Shown piece after piece: positions 12,993-25,389 of a stretch of DNA of 64,000 nt; position 1 is the first letter of the stretch; each line of letters opens with the position of its first letter. A program made the position numbers and the translations under genes. Source of the stretch: Basidiobolus meristosporus CBS 931.73 (Eukaryota; Fungi; Basidiobolomycota); NCBI GenBank assembly GCA_002104905.1, contig MCFE01000430.1:1-64000 (forward strand), read 5' to 3'. The notes below the pieces were generated by a model. That model worked only from the letters and a program-made list of their open reading frames with translations. It made no database searches and had not been told where the DNA came from.

Positions 12993-14885
12993 TGTTGTAA
13001 ATGCTTGTAGTTCCAGCTAACTATTCACCTAACTTAGTCACTTAGATCATTACCATCAAATCCTAGAGAATACTGACCAAATTCCATCTTGAGATTTACT
13101 TAGAATATTCTCACCAAACTACCAGATACCCAGAACATAAAAAATCTCAAAGCTGTCCTAACAGCCCCAAACAGTGCACACATGTTCTTGGGACCTTCCT
13201 TAGCCTATTTTATGTTTTTACTTTGCCAGGATCATGTAAAGTATAAATACTACTTTTACATTCAATAAATCATCAAGTGAAAACCACATAATCTACTTGT
13301 TCTCCCAATCACTTCCAATAACTCCAAGTCTTTTACAACAGATTATAAGTGCCAAGCTGTCACTTGCTGCATTGTCTACTACTGCTACTACTGGAATTAT
13401 CTCCTCTGCTGAAAAGTTGGATGGATCTAACTAACAAGAATGTAAGGTGAACATGAAGATGTTGCTACAAGAAAGAGGTCTTTGGGATACTTTCATACGC
13501 AAATAATGTGCTCCTAAAAGTGTGGGAGAGGAAACCTTAAAGCACCAGAGAAAAGAACAAAGTGTCTACAACTGCACTTGCTGCTGTAAGAGTCTTGGAG
13601 ATAGTGGAGTGATTAGGAGGACAAGTAGATTTTGTGGTTTTCACTTAATGCTTTATTGAATATAAAAGTTGTACTATACTTTTGCATGATCCTGGCATAA
13701 CAAACATGTGGGATAGGTTAAGGAAGGTCCCAAGAACATATGTGCAAAGTTTGGAGCTGTTTGGACAACTTTGATAATTTTCATGTTTTGGGTGCCTGAT
13801 ATCTTGGTGAAAATATTCCAAGTAAATCCCAACAAGAAATTAGGTCAGTGTTCTCTAGGATTTGAAGGTAATGATCTTAGTGACTAAGTTAGGTGAATAC
13901 TTAGGTGGAATTAGAAGTTTTTACAATATTTACCTTAATGTTAAAGACAAATTGCTAATTCAATGCTCAAGAGCACAAACTGTATAGAATGCCTAGAAGG
14001 CATCAAACAACACCTACCAGTCATGTTCAGCTGCTAAGAAAATGAATCTAAGGGAAAAACACTTTGCTACAAAGATGCTATTAGCAGATGAAATGAAAAA
14101 TTTAATTAGTAGGATTACCTGACTGGTGGATGAGATGGAATCTGCGGGTGTACCAACTACTACAGAGGATGTTATAGTAACTATCCTGAATAGCCTGACA
14201 GAAGAGCTTCAGGGCCTTGTATTAGCCCTAGAGTCCAGAACTGATGTTTTGACCTTAAAATATGTATATGGAAGGCTCCTGGATGAAGAATTAAAAAATC
14301 AAGCTCCAATAAGAAGGAAGAAGAAAATGCCTTAAAAAGCAGTAACAGCCAACAAAAGAGACACCTAAGACCTTTCAAAGGCAACAGCAATCTGTTCTGT
14401 AACTACTGCAATAGGAAAGGACACATATCAGACCAGTGCTTCAAAAAGCGGGAGAGTCAGCAGAAAAGCCTGAATATGAAGATGCGGCAACACCTGTAGA
14501 TAGACTATTCATATCTGCACTAAATATGACCACAAACAGGAATTCACAGATGTGGTATATAGACTCTGGAATATCTCAACAGTTTACACACCAAAAAGAA
14601 CTTTTTCCTAGTATCAAGAAATACCAATCCAGAGGGTTTTCATGGGTGATGATAGAACACTTGAAGCAGTGGACAAAGGAACTACTCAGGTAAACCTTAG
14701 AAACAGTGAAGGAAGCCATACCATGATCTTTACAGAAGTACTCTACGTACCAGCAATAGCCAAGAACCTACTATCTATAAGCAGGGCCACAGATAAAGGA
14801 CTCAGTTTCAGCTTTGACAGTTCTAGATGCAGGATCACTGATCAAAATGGTGCTCATATTGTACTGGGTATCAGAAATGTACTAC
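12993..14885 (+). mobile_element. 5' part of a decayed copia-A (LTR 12993-13340, gag, protease)
   Basis: 348-bp LTR, degenerate PBS, ORFs 14126-14890 homologous to 1424-2275. Confidence 0.87.
13582..13928 (-). repeat. Solo copia-A LTR inserted antisense into copia-A gag
   Basis: Flanks CTTGC / TTTAC are each one transition from TTTGC, the uninterrupted sequence near 1310. Confidence 0.85.
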
Positions 14886-14889
14886 AATA

Positions 14890-16106
14890 GTCTCTTGGCA
14901 AGACTTGTATGGCAGCTTTGCAGTTACAATGCTGCGCACATTTGTTTGAGCAGACTTATACAGCTGGACCATATAATTGCCTTAAACAAAAAAAGCCTGG
15001 TATTATTTTGATAGCCTTTTTGCAGACTACTGTTGGCATTATCACAACATTAAAGCAACTTGCAGCCAGCTCCTGTGTTGATCTACCAAAACCAATTTTC
15101 TTAGCATACTAATGCTGGGACAAAATATGCCTACTGGTTTGAACTTAGAATGATGCTTATGGAGCAAGTCAAGTGCATTCTGCCAAGCATTGAGCTCCAG
15201 ATGCTCCCATGAAATGCTGGCCTTAAGGTGATACCATACTAGAGTTTTTGCAGCCTCTTGACATAGCTCATTCTTCATTATTTCACTCAGCTGCTTCAGG
15301 AATCTTCAATCTCTTTTGATCTTGGGGCTTTAGTATATTTATGATATTCTCCCATCCAATGCATCAATAGGTTTTTCTGTAGGCTTTATGCTTAAGTAGT
15401 GCTATCATGCCTCAAAGACAGTAGGGCATTCTTCTGCTATCCCAACAAGAAAAAATTAACAAAAGGCTAGCAGAATGCCATCATATAATTGGCTGAATTT
15501 CAAGTTTCCAAAATCTGACAACTATCATTATCTCACGTACTAGCAGTTGGGCAGACAAGCAAATATATTTTCCAAGAGGAGACTTGGCCAACCAGGATTC
15601 AAGAAAATGACCCAACTCTTAGCTATGCAATTGAGCTACTTGTGTTCTTTCTTTGCTATGAACATACTATGTATTCAGCCTGAGATACTAATTGCTCTAA
15701 ACTTGTTATCTGCTCAGCCAGTCTCTGGACTGCATTCTGATTTGCCCTGTGCCTCTGCATCTATTCTTCTAGCTACTGCACGTGAATGCATCATTGAAGA
15801 CTTTGTGTTGGTGGCAACATACTTACAAGTAGTGGTGACTGTGATATTGCATTGCCATTTGCTGTTTTTGAACCCAGGGAATTGGCTTATTACATGTGCA
15901 TCTGCATGAGCTTTGTGGTCAGCTTGCAGCACTGCATATATTTTTAACTGCCTACTTTACTGAGAGCTTGAGGAGACTGCATTATTACCATTGGTTAGCT
16001 ACTTGTCAACATAGCCCTGTGTGGATGTAGCCCTGCTTGCTGCACTTAATGTCAAAGCAAGCAGCTGTTTGACCACCCTGTTGCTACATAATGCAGTGGG
16101 GCTTGG
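14890..16106 (-). pseudogene. Degenerate ORF2 of CACTA-like family D
   Basis: YHLKASISWEHLELNAWQNALDLLHKH (15042-15278) matches 22447-22668; 15850-16100 matches 23870-24060. Confidence 0.7.
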
Positions 16107-17308
16107 CTGGCAGCTATGGTATTGGAAATTATTCCATCAATACAATTTTGCAAGACCAATATTTCACTCATCTCTTTATTTTGCCTTCTGTGTTTGTAAT
16201 CACAAATGAGAGATTATGTGTCTTTCAGCTCTTAAGGACAAAAGCTCAGAACCCAGAGACCAATCCATCTAGGATTATTATTCCATGCAGAGCACTTAGC
16301 TGCCAGTATATGCTTCAGACTACAGCTCATTCAAAGCAGTGACTGGGAAGCTATGATCTCCAGAGTTCATTGATTATATTGGCCATCTATTGCTAGTTTT
16401 ACTATAATGATTATGACTGTGCGTAACTATTGATCTAGCCAGTGAAGTTTAGAGCAGCTTTTACAGGTGCTGTGCCTATGTTCAATCTGTGTGGCTACTG
16501 TATTTAGCTTTGTATGATGTGCATTGTCAGTGCAACTGTCCAAAAATCTTGAATTTTTGAGGAATTCCATATATGGGACTTCCAAAGTCAAAAAATAGAA
16601 GATGGCATTACTTTCCCAAATCTCTACATTACAATTAAAAGCCTAAAGTGGCTAAGACTTCCCCTGCATCACTTGCACTGATGAGTAGCCTGACTTTGAT
16701 CAATACTGCACCAGTGAAGTCACTTCAAGGCTCACACATTACAATATGAGTTCTGCAATAGTACTACCACTTTTCTGTTAGAGAGGTCCCCTCTCAGAAG
16801 CTCCTTCACTGTAGAGCACCCCTTTAGGGAGAAGATCCCTTTGGAAACCCCCTTATGAAAACTCCTTAGGCACCCCTTCAGTGTAAAGTTCCTTCAAGAG
16901 ACCACTTGAAGTGGTCTATTTACTCCAGAGACATCTTTATATACATCACTTCAGGTCCAAAGTCCCCTTCAAGCACCTCTTCAACATTCCCCTTAGGTTG
17001 AAGGGGGGTCAAATAGCTTGAAATCAGGTGAAATCTTCTCTGAAAGAAGAGTGACTTCCAAATACAAAAATATCTCTAAAAGTGAATGAGCAAGTAAGTC
17101 ATAGAAGTTCCAACATCTGCTCTGGATGTGAAGCACATTGCATATAGCTTATTTACAGGCCAAGCTCAAGAATATTGTAAGTTTTATGCTCTATTGAGTT
17201 ATTGGACACTCAATAGGCTACTACATTACCTAAGTACTGGCAGTGGTTACATATTATAAATCCATCTTTATATAGTTGAACAAGCCTTAAACCATTCCTA
17301 ACACCACA
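16107..17308 (+). repeat. Degenerate LTR-C (~1.2 kb)
   Basis: Colinear with the reverse complements of 18059-19152 and 35357-36522, including the C-rich tandem array. Boundaries approximate. Confidence 0.65.
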
Positions 17309-17518
17309 TAACACAAACAGATAACTTTGCTTTATTTTTTACCAGCATACACACATGAAATTGTGTCAAACTAAAGGAGATTTAGAGTTGCATATACATG
17401 AGCATATTGTGCCACAAGTTATTTATAATGCTTTCTGTGATGGGACACTAATTGGACTCATGTTCATGCAGGCGCAATGCCTCATATGCAGGATTATTTT
17501 AAGCTCACATAACTGTAG

Positions 17519-20487
17519 CTCATTAAGAATAACTGTGATGATCCCACTAAAAGGCCATCAAAAAATTGTTATCCAATGATTAAGAGGTATTAGTTCAATC
17601 AGAACATCATGTAAAGACCATCAAGGAAAATTGCACCTTATATTTCACAAATACTGAGTCAAAGCTTATCATCAAAACAATAAATATATGGCACTAATTT
17701 GTCCACTGCCAGTTTTCTCACTTTTGGTTCCCAGGCACTTAATCACTTCCTACACTTGTGTGAAGTGTTTGGCTATAACCACCTTTTCACACTCCTTAGT
17801 TCTTGACTCAACCAATGCTCTTGCTTCTCATGCATATGAACTGATCTATTTCCATTTAAACTTCCATTGTGACTCAATTGCCAATAGCACTGACCTATAC
17901 AAGTCCCTGTTTGCAACACTAACATTATGCCCAACACCACATTCCACATGCAAGTCCACAAAAATCCACCATTCTATAAGTACTTCCGCTATTGCTCCCT
18001 ATTTCTATAACCAGGATAGGAACCATACAACTTTATGCCATTCTTCATTCACTGGCTCTGTTGTGTTGTATTATGATTAGCTTGGGGCTTGTTCTACAAT
18101 GTAGAGGCTAATCTACAATATACAACAACTTTCAGTATGCTAATACTGAAATAGTTTATTGGGAATTTGATATACCAATAGAAGATATAACTTTCACTTC
18201 TGAGAAAATATTTCATAATATGGAAATTCTAAACTCCCCATTAACCTGATGGGGTGTGTTGTAGGAGTCTCTAAAGGGGTCTGTGGACTTAAAGGGGTGT
18301 CTGAAGGGGTGTCTTTAGAGTAAAGGGGCTTCTTGTAGTGGTCTCTAAAATAGACTTTACACTAAAGAGGTGCCTAAAGGGGCTTCTTTAGAGTGAAGGG
18401 GTTTTTAAAGTGGTCTCTAAAGGGGTCTTTAGACTAAAAGGGTGTCATTAGAGTAAAGGGGTTTCTTGGACGGGACTTTTCCAACAGAAAAGTGGTAGTT
18501 TTTTGTTGAACTTAGATTGGATTCTTGTGAGCTTTGCAGTCTCTTTACTGATGGAGTACCAATCAAAGTTAGAATACTCAACAGTGCAAGTGATGCAGGG
18601 GAAGTCTTATAACCTTTGAATTTGTAATTGTAGCACAGAGATTATGGAAAGAGAGGCTCCCTTTTATTTTTCAGATGGGGAAGTCATATATATGAAATTT
18701 CTGAAGGAACAAAGCTTTTGGGCAATTGCACAAGCAATACACATGATACAAATCTCCAATTTTGTTGTGGCACAGATCAGACATAGGCGCAGCACCCATA
18801 AGAATCTCATGTGATTTGATTGGCTGGCTCAAAGGTTATATGCAATCAAAGTCACCATAGTAATCCTAGCAATAGTGGCCTAGTATCTATAATAGTTGGA
18901 CTCTTTTGGTCATAACTCCTTAAGTACTGCTTCCAATGAGCAGTAATTTGAAACATATGTTGGCTACTGCATGTTCCATATGACATAATATTCTTGGGTG
19001 GATTTCTGATCAGGGTCTGGAGTATTTGTCCCTCAAAATTGGAGTTTCTTGATCTTTCACTTGTGTGTTACAATAGCAAAAAGCAAAATAAAGAAATGAG
19101 TGCAATATTGGTTTTGAGATATTGTAGTAATGAAAAGTATTCCATTACTACAGCTCCCATATGTCCTGGTCTTCAGCCAGAGCTGTAAGGTCTAGCGCCT
19201 CATCTGGCAGCTGTTGCAATAAATTCTTCCAATATTGCGGTGTGTATGCATCAGCACTGCTTTTGAAGAAGAGCTGCAACCCCTTGGTGTGCCTATGTGT
19301 ATTCCAAATTCCAGGAATTGCAATGGTTTTTTGAGTTCTTGATGTTGTTGTTGAGTCTATCCCTGAGAGCTCCACTCTGCCTACTGTGGAGGATTTAGAG
19401 GCAGTGGTTGACAACTACATTTCTTTTCCAACTCACCTACCTCACTGTAGTGTAGCTTTACTGGCTGTTTCCACATTTGGTCAAAATAGGCGTTGTCTTA
19501 ATGATGACTCTTCTTGGCTATGATGGAATTCAGCCTGTACTGGGCTGAATGCAATAATATGGCACATGCTGCACCTTTCTCCTCACACTTCTTGTCTTGG
19601 TCTTGGGCTTACTTTTTTCTCTTTGCATTTACCTTAATCATTGCCAAGTCTTTCAATGCTACTTTGACTGAGTACTTTGTGAGCGGTACTTTGTATTTTC
19701 CTTAATAAATGCAGCACTGGTGCATGTGTTTTGCCTGTTTGTCCCTTGAAGGCACTCTCCTGGTAGCCTGGTATTTCTTTATCACTTGTTTGGAACTTTC
19801 AGCCCTGCCTGTGACAGGCACCTACAAAAGCTGCAGGCTTATCACTGTCAGGTCCTTCACTGCAGCTGCTACTGAGTGCTTCTTGCATTCAGCTACAATT
19901 TCTCCTTCATAAATGCTGCACTGATGCATCAGTGTCTGCCTGCTTGTTCCTTGCTGGCACTGTGGAGGCCACTGGATGTTTCTTTGCTTTGTGTTTGGAG
20001 CTTTCAGCCCAGCTTGCAACAGGTTCTGGAGGATGCCACAGGCATTTAGGTGTGGCACCCTTGCTCTTCAGCCTTTGTTAGTTTTGCTATTCTTTATATA
20101 GTTTTTTAGGATACTAATGCTGACCCAGAAACTGTTTACTTGCTTGGATCTAGGATGATGCTCATGGAGCAGGTCAACTGCATGCTACTTGGCCTTGACC
20201 TCCTAATGGTCCCATGGCATGCTGGCCTCAAGGTGATGCTGTGCTAGACTTCAGATGGCCTCTTGAATATTAGTCTACTCTACATTATTGCACACAATGA
20301 CTTTGCAGATCTTCAATGTCTTCTGATTTTAGGCTTGGGCATAAGCACTATAGTCTCACCCTCCCATGCTGTGATAGCTTGTTTTTGGGGCTTTATCTTA
20401 GGGCACTGTTGTCGTGCTTCATGGAATTTATGATGTTCTGCTGCTGTTGCAATGTGAAATTGCTCATTTCTTGGCTGCAATGTTGCC
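17519..20487 (-). mobile_element. Outer family-D copy (ORF2 part), resuming at ~28023-28700 after nested insertions
   Basis: ORF2 homology to 20772-22780 and 56573-57960. The host sequence at 20487 joins almost directly to 28023 when compared with 57890-57970. Left end approximate. Confidence 0.65.
18059..19152 (-). repeat. Solo LTR-C (1094 bp) with 4-bp TSD GCTC
   Basis: TG...CA ends; GCTC at 18055-18058 and 19153-19156. Removal restores ORF2 motif EDQDIWEPVNE. Confidence 0.9.
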
Positions 20488-20610
20488 TGAAGATGCAGAG
20501 CTATGTTTAACACTCTGTGGCCAAGTATAGGCTCACTTGGCCTCTCTGGCACTCTATGGCATTGTTTGGCACTCATGGCTCAATGTGGCATTATTCAACT
20601 GAACAAGTAT
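20488..20610. mobile_element. Right-arm fragment of the foldback family
   Basis: Matches 63480-63603; ends GAACAAGTAT followed by ACT. Confidence 0.85.
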
Positions 20611-20771
20611 ACTGTCTGCAGTATATATTGAGCCTAAGATGAGGATATTAGTGAGAGTTATATCTTCTATTGGTATATCAATCTCCTAATAAACTACTTC
20701 CATATTAGCAAACTGGAAGTTGTTATATATTGTTGATTAGCCTCTATACTGAAGAACAAGCCCAAGACAAA
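20611..20771 (+). repeat. 3' fragment of LTR-C, split by the family-D insertion (resumes ~28006-28022)
   Basis: Matches the reverse complement of 18080-18200 and 35360-35480, including AATAAA. Confidence 0.7.
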
Positions 20772-22782
20772 CCCTACAAAAAATTAATGAGATGATTGCA
20801 TCAAAAGGCAGTCACAAAGTTAAATTCTCATGACTAAGAGGTATTGATCTTGTCAGGACACCATCCAGAGACCTTTGAACAATAATTGTACCCCAGATCT
20901 CACAAAAAACTTGGTCAAAATTTTTCATCACAACAATGTATAAGTGGCTTTAGATTGGTTCCCTGCCAATTTGCTCACTTTCTCATCCCAGACACTCTAT
21001 AGCCTCCTACATATGTGTGAATTGATTGGCTATTGCCTCTTTTCACAGTCCTTACTTCTGGACTCAACCATTTCTCTACTTTTCATGCGTACAAATTGAT
21101 TTATTTCCGTTGAAACTTCAGTTGTACCTCAATTGCCAATTGTATTGACCTATACAAGTCTCTATACCTGGCACAAACATTAAGCCTAACCCCACATTCA
21201 ACAAGTGACTTTATTAAAATCCACCACTCAATAAGTATTTCTGCTGTAATGCTCTGGTTCCACAACTTTGGCAGGAGCCCAATGGCTTATGCCACTGTTC
21301 ATTCACTAATTCCGACATGTCCTGGTCTTTAGCTGGCTACGCAAGGTCTAGCTCCTCATCTGCCAGTTTTTGTAATAAATCCTTGCTGAATTCCAGTATG
21401 TTTTCTTGAGCACTGCTCTTGAAGCAGTGCCCCAACCTCTTGTTGTGCCTGTGTGTGTCCCAAAACTCCACTGAAGGCATTGTAATTGTCTTTCAAACTC
21501 TTGACATTGTAGCCTTGTCTTTCAGTGGAATCTCCACTCTGTCAACAATGCAGGTTGTGGTAGACAAATTGCCTTTTTCAGCAAGCTCATCTACCTTGCT
21601 GGAGTGTAGGTCAACTGGCTGCGCTACCAACTCTTGTGGAAACAGCTGTTTTCTTATTGGTAATTCTTCTTGGCTATGATGGGACTCAGTCTGTTCCTGG
21701 CTTGTGGCGTTAATTGGCAAGAACTGCTGTTTCTTTTGCATGTCTCCCTAACTTAGGCTTGGGTAGACACTTTCCCCTTTACCTTTTCCTTTATCACTGA
21801 CAGGTCTTTCACTGCTACTTTATCTGAGTGCTTCTTGTAAAGAACTATGTTTTCTCCGGGATAAATTTGACTTTTTTCTCTCTGCATTTACCTTAATCAT
21901 TGCCAAGTCTTTCAATACTACTTTGACTGCGTACTTTGTGAGCTGTACTTTGTATTTTCCTTAATAAATGCATCACTGGTGCATGTGTTTTGGCATGCTT
22001 GTCCCTTGCTAGCACTCTTCTGGCAACCTGAAGTTTCTTTTCCACTTGTTTTGAGCTCTCAACCATAGTTGTGATGGGTGCCTGTAAAGTGGCAGGTTTT
22101 TATTGCAACCAGGTCCTTCACTGCTACTTTGACTGGGTGCTTCTTGAGTGGTACTACACTTTTTCCTTGATAAATGCTCTGCTGGTGCATCCATGTCTGC
22201 CTACTTGTCCCTAATTGGCACTCTTCCTGCTGCCTGACATCTCTTTGATGCTTGTCTGGATCTTTTGGCCCTGCTTGTAACAGGCTCTTGAAGAAGCCAC
22301 TGGCTTTTAGCCATGGTACCCTTATTCTTCTGTCTTTGACAGATTCAGCTATTCTTAAGATACTTTCTTAGCATATCAATGCTGGCCCAAAATCCATTAG
22401 CCCATTTGAATCCAGGATAATGCTCATGGAACAAGTCAAGTGCATTCTACTTGGCCTTGAGTTCTTGATGGTCCCACAGTTTGCTGGCCTTTAGGTGATG
22501 GCATGTTAGACTGCTGATGGCCTCTTGTATATTAGCCCACTCTTCATTATTGCACTCAAAGGCTTCAAGGATCTTCAATGTTTTTAGATTTTTAAACTTT
22601 GGTATAAACACCACATTGTCTCCCTCCCACACTGTGATAGGTTTTTCTGTGGGCTTATCTTTGGGCACTGTTGTTGTGCTACAAAGACTTTACAGTATTC
22701 CTCTGCTGTTATATTGGGAAATGACTCAATTCTTGGCTGTAACATTGAGCTACTTGAGGTCCTTCTTTGCAGCAAAGATACT

Positions 22783-22963
22783 AGACTTGTTCTATTGTGC
22801 CATTGATAATAGTGCCAGAAAGTGCTGTATATTTTGTTATTAATTTGATACTTAAGGGTCATATGCATGTCAATTTTGATCCCAAATTGGTACTGTATGG
22901 CACCATCTGGCATGCTATGGCACTATTGGGTACTATGATCAGCTGGAATGATGGAACAGGTCT
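22783..22963. mobile_element. MITE of the AGAC...GTCT family (181 bp)
   Basis: Colinear with 5585-5795 minus a 30-bp tandem unit; flanks ACT / ATT. Confidence 0.9.
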
Positions 22964-22987
22964 ATTGCTTTCTATACCTGAGATATT

Positions 22988-23635
22988 ATACTTGTTCTGT
23001 TGGATAGTGCCACATTGAGACATGAGTGCCAAATGATGGCATAGTATGCCAAGAAGGCCAAGGGAGAAAATTAAATTTTTGACCTATTTTTTTAGGTCAA
23101 TATTGTGCAGGATGTGTAAGAGAACAAAAAGATTGAAGACATGCAACTTTTACTCAATACCCATGGCACCATGAATCTTGCTCCTGTAGCGTGTATAATG
23201 TCACAAAATTCATGGCACTATTTTGGTCCACTGGGGATATTAGGCACTCTATTTAAATAGTAGCCCTAAAGTAAGACCTATATAAAGGACTTATAATTCC
23301 ACATAGTACCAGTGGATCAGGATAGTGCCATGAATTTTGTGACATTATACAAGCTACAGGAGCTAGATTAAGAGTGCCATGGGTATTGAGTATCAGATGT
23401 ATGTCTTCAGTCCCTCTGTACTCTGACATATCCAGAACAATGTTGAGTAAAAAAAAAGGTCTTAAATGGATTTTCATCAGCAAAATAGGTGAAATACAGG
23501 GGCCACTTTGCATGAAGATGCAGAGCTATATTTCACACTCTGTGGCCAAGTGTAGCCTCACTTGGCCTCCTTGGCACACTACAATATCATTTGGCACTCA
23601 TGACTCAATGTGGCACTATCCCACAGTACAAGTCT
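22988..23635. mobile_element. Foldback element (648 bp, ~85-bp deletion in left arm), TSD ATT
   Basis: ATT at 22985-22987 and 23636-23638; empty-site homolog GGGATATTGATTGC at ~57962. The spacer is inverted relative to the 62870 copy. Confidence 0.9.
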
Positions 23636-24286
23636 ATTGATTGCTCTACACATATTATCTGCTTATTCTGTTTCTGGACTATTTCCTGATTTCTCTGGGC
23701 CATTGCATCTATCCTATCAGCCACTGCGCCTAATTGCTTCATTAGTTCTTCAGTATGAGCTGACAGCATACTTGCTAATGTGGATGGTGGTGATGTTGTC
23801 ATGGCCACTTGCTGATCTTCAACTAAGGGTACTGTGCTTGCTACATTCTCATCTGCCTGAGCATAATGGTCAGCTTGTGGCTCTGTAGAGGCTCTCAAAT
23901 GCCTACTTGACTGAGAGCCTGAGGAGTCTGCATTATTTTCTTCAATGGGAACACTGTCCACAGGGCCTTTTTTGGATGTAGCTTCACTTGTTGCACTGAA
24001 TGGCAAAGCAAGCTGTTGTCCAACTGCTCTTCTATAGCCATCAGCAGTGGGGTTTGGTTGAGAACCAGACACTTTGCTTTATTTTTTGGTGGCATATATA
24101 TGGAAGTGAGTAAAACCAAAGGGGAAATAGTGTTACATATATGTGTGTATGAGGTGCCACAACTTTATTTCTAATGCTTAGTATGGGGGGTCATCATTTA
24201 ATCTTACATTCATGTAGGTGCAATGTCTCAAATACAAGACTGTTTTAAGTTCAAATGAGATTGACCAAAAAGTGATATAATAGCAT

Positions 24287-25366
24287 TGTGGTGGTGTATA
24301 AGTCCAAAGGGCAAAATACAGCCAACACTTCTCAAGTGTGAATGTGTGTGGGGTGTTCACTGGATCCAATAACCTCTGGCAAAAGCTTGCTAGGAATACA
24401 GGGTCTTTTGTCTAATCTAATGTGAAGGGGGATAAAGCCTCAAGCTTGTCAAGGGAAAACTATTGAGCTACAATCCTCAACTTAGTTGGCATCTTAACAA
24501 AAGTTTTTAATGGCTTCAACATCCTTTGAGATGACAGTGTACTAAAGCTTCCAAAGTCAAAACAACTGTAAACTCCACCAATAGGGACTTGATAAGAATG
24601 CAGCTCAGATCTATAGTTACAAAGACTGAAATATATATTTGCATGTACAAGAACAAACTTGGGAAAACAATCAAATATAATAAAATATAACTACTCTAGG
24701 AACTTCTCACAAGTAGTGCCTCCAAGGTCAGTTGGCTGTCAGTGTGGTTTCCCAGGAGTATTGTCAGGTCTGAGTCAGAAAGTAGTGGTAAAAGGCAACA
24801 GTGATCTCACTAATCAATAAGTTAGAATATTGAAAGAGGGATCATTTATTTTTAATTGATAGTCACCCTTATATACTTTTTTTTCTGCTCAAATTCTTTC
24901 TAGAAAATACTTTCTGGAAGTTTCCAGAAGGTAGTAGAAAGCCAATCATGTCATTGTGTACCAAAAATAGCTCAAATTCTTGGTGGATTGTTTCATGAGA
25001 CATAGTAGTACCTAGCCAATCAGATAGAGGTAATATGAAACCTCTGTGTCATGTAGTCACCTTATATTGTAGTGGGATAGGAGTGGTATGAAGCTAGAAT
25101 GCTCACATGACATAAGCACTGTGGAGGTACCTGCTTTATATGGTAACTATCTTATCTTGGCATCTTGGCAAGGAATAGGAATAGCTTGTGCAATGGGTCA
25201 ATAGTGACAAATAGTTTGCCAGGTCACATAGCAATGATCACATAGACAGATAGAAAATATTGCAATTTGGGATGATACTAATACAGGGGGGGGTAATCTT
25301 TTTTAGGGAAGTGAATGTATGGGAATGAGCACATCTGCCTGTGGGTGTCACTGTGACCCCACTACA
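24287..25366 (-). repeat. Solo long-type LTR-F (1080 bp) with 4-bp TSD GCAT
   Basis: TGTGGTGG...CCACTACA; GCAT at 24283-24286 and 25367-25370; empty site TAGCATTACATTG at ~28567. TATATAA followed by AATAAA on the minus strand. Confidence 0.9.
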
Positions 25367-25389
25367 GCATTACATTGTTGAAGGTCACA

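Larger units (their letters stand above)
21101..24072 (-). pseudogene. Family-D ORF2, unknown function, interrupted by a MITE and a foldback element
   Basis: ORF pieces 23605-24072, 22447-22668 and 21493-21741, ending KFQRK-stop at 21101-21103; conserved peptides recur in 5 or more copies. True start uncertain (GTG/TTG in different copies). Confidence 0.7.

Noticed and set aside
18250-18475. Repeat array as CRISPR or telomeric repeat
   Set aside because: No constant repeat with unique spacers and no fixed short unit; it lies inside an LTR in a eukaryotic context.
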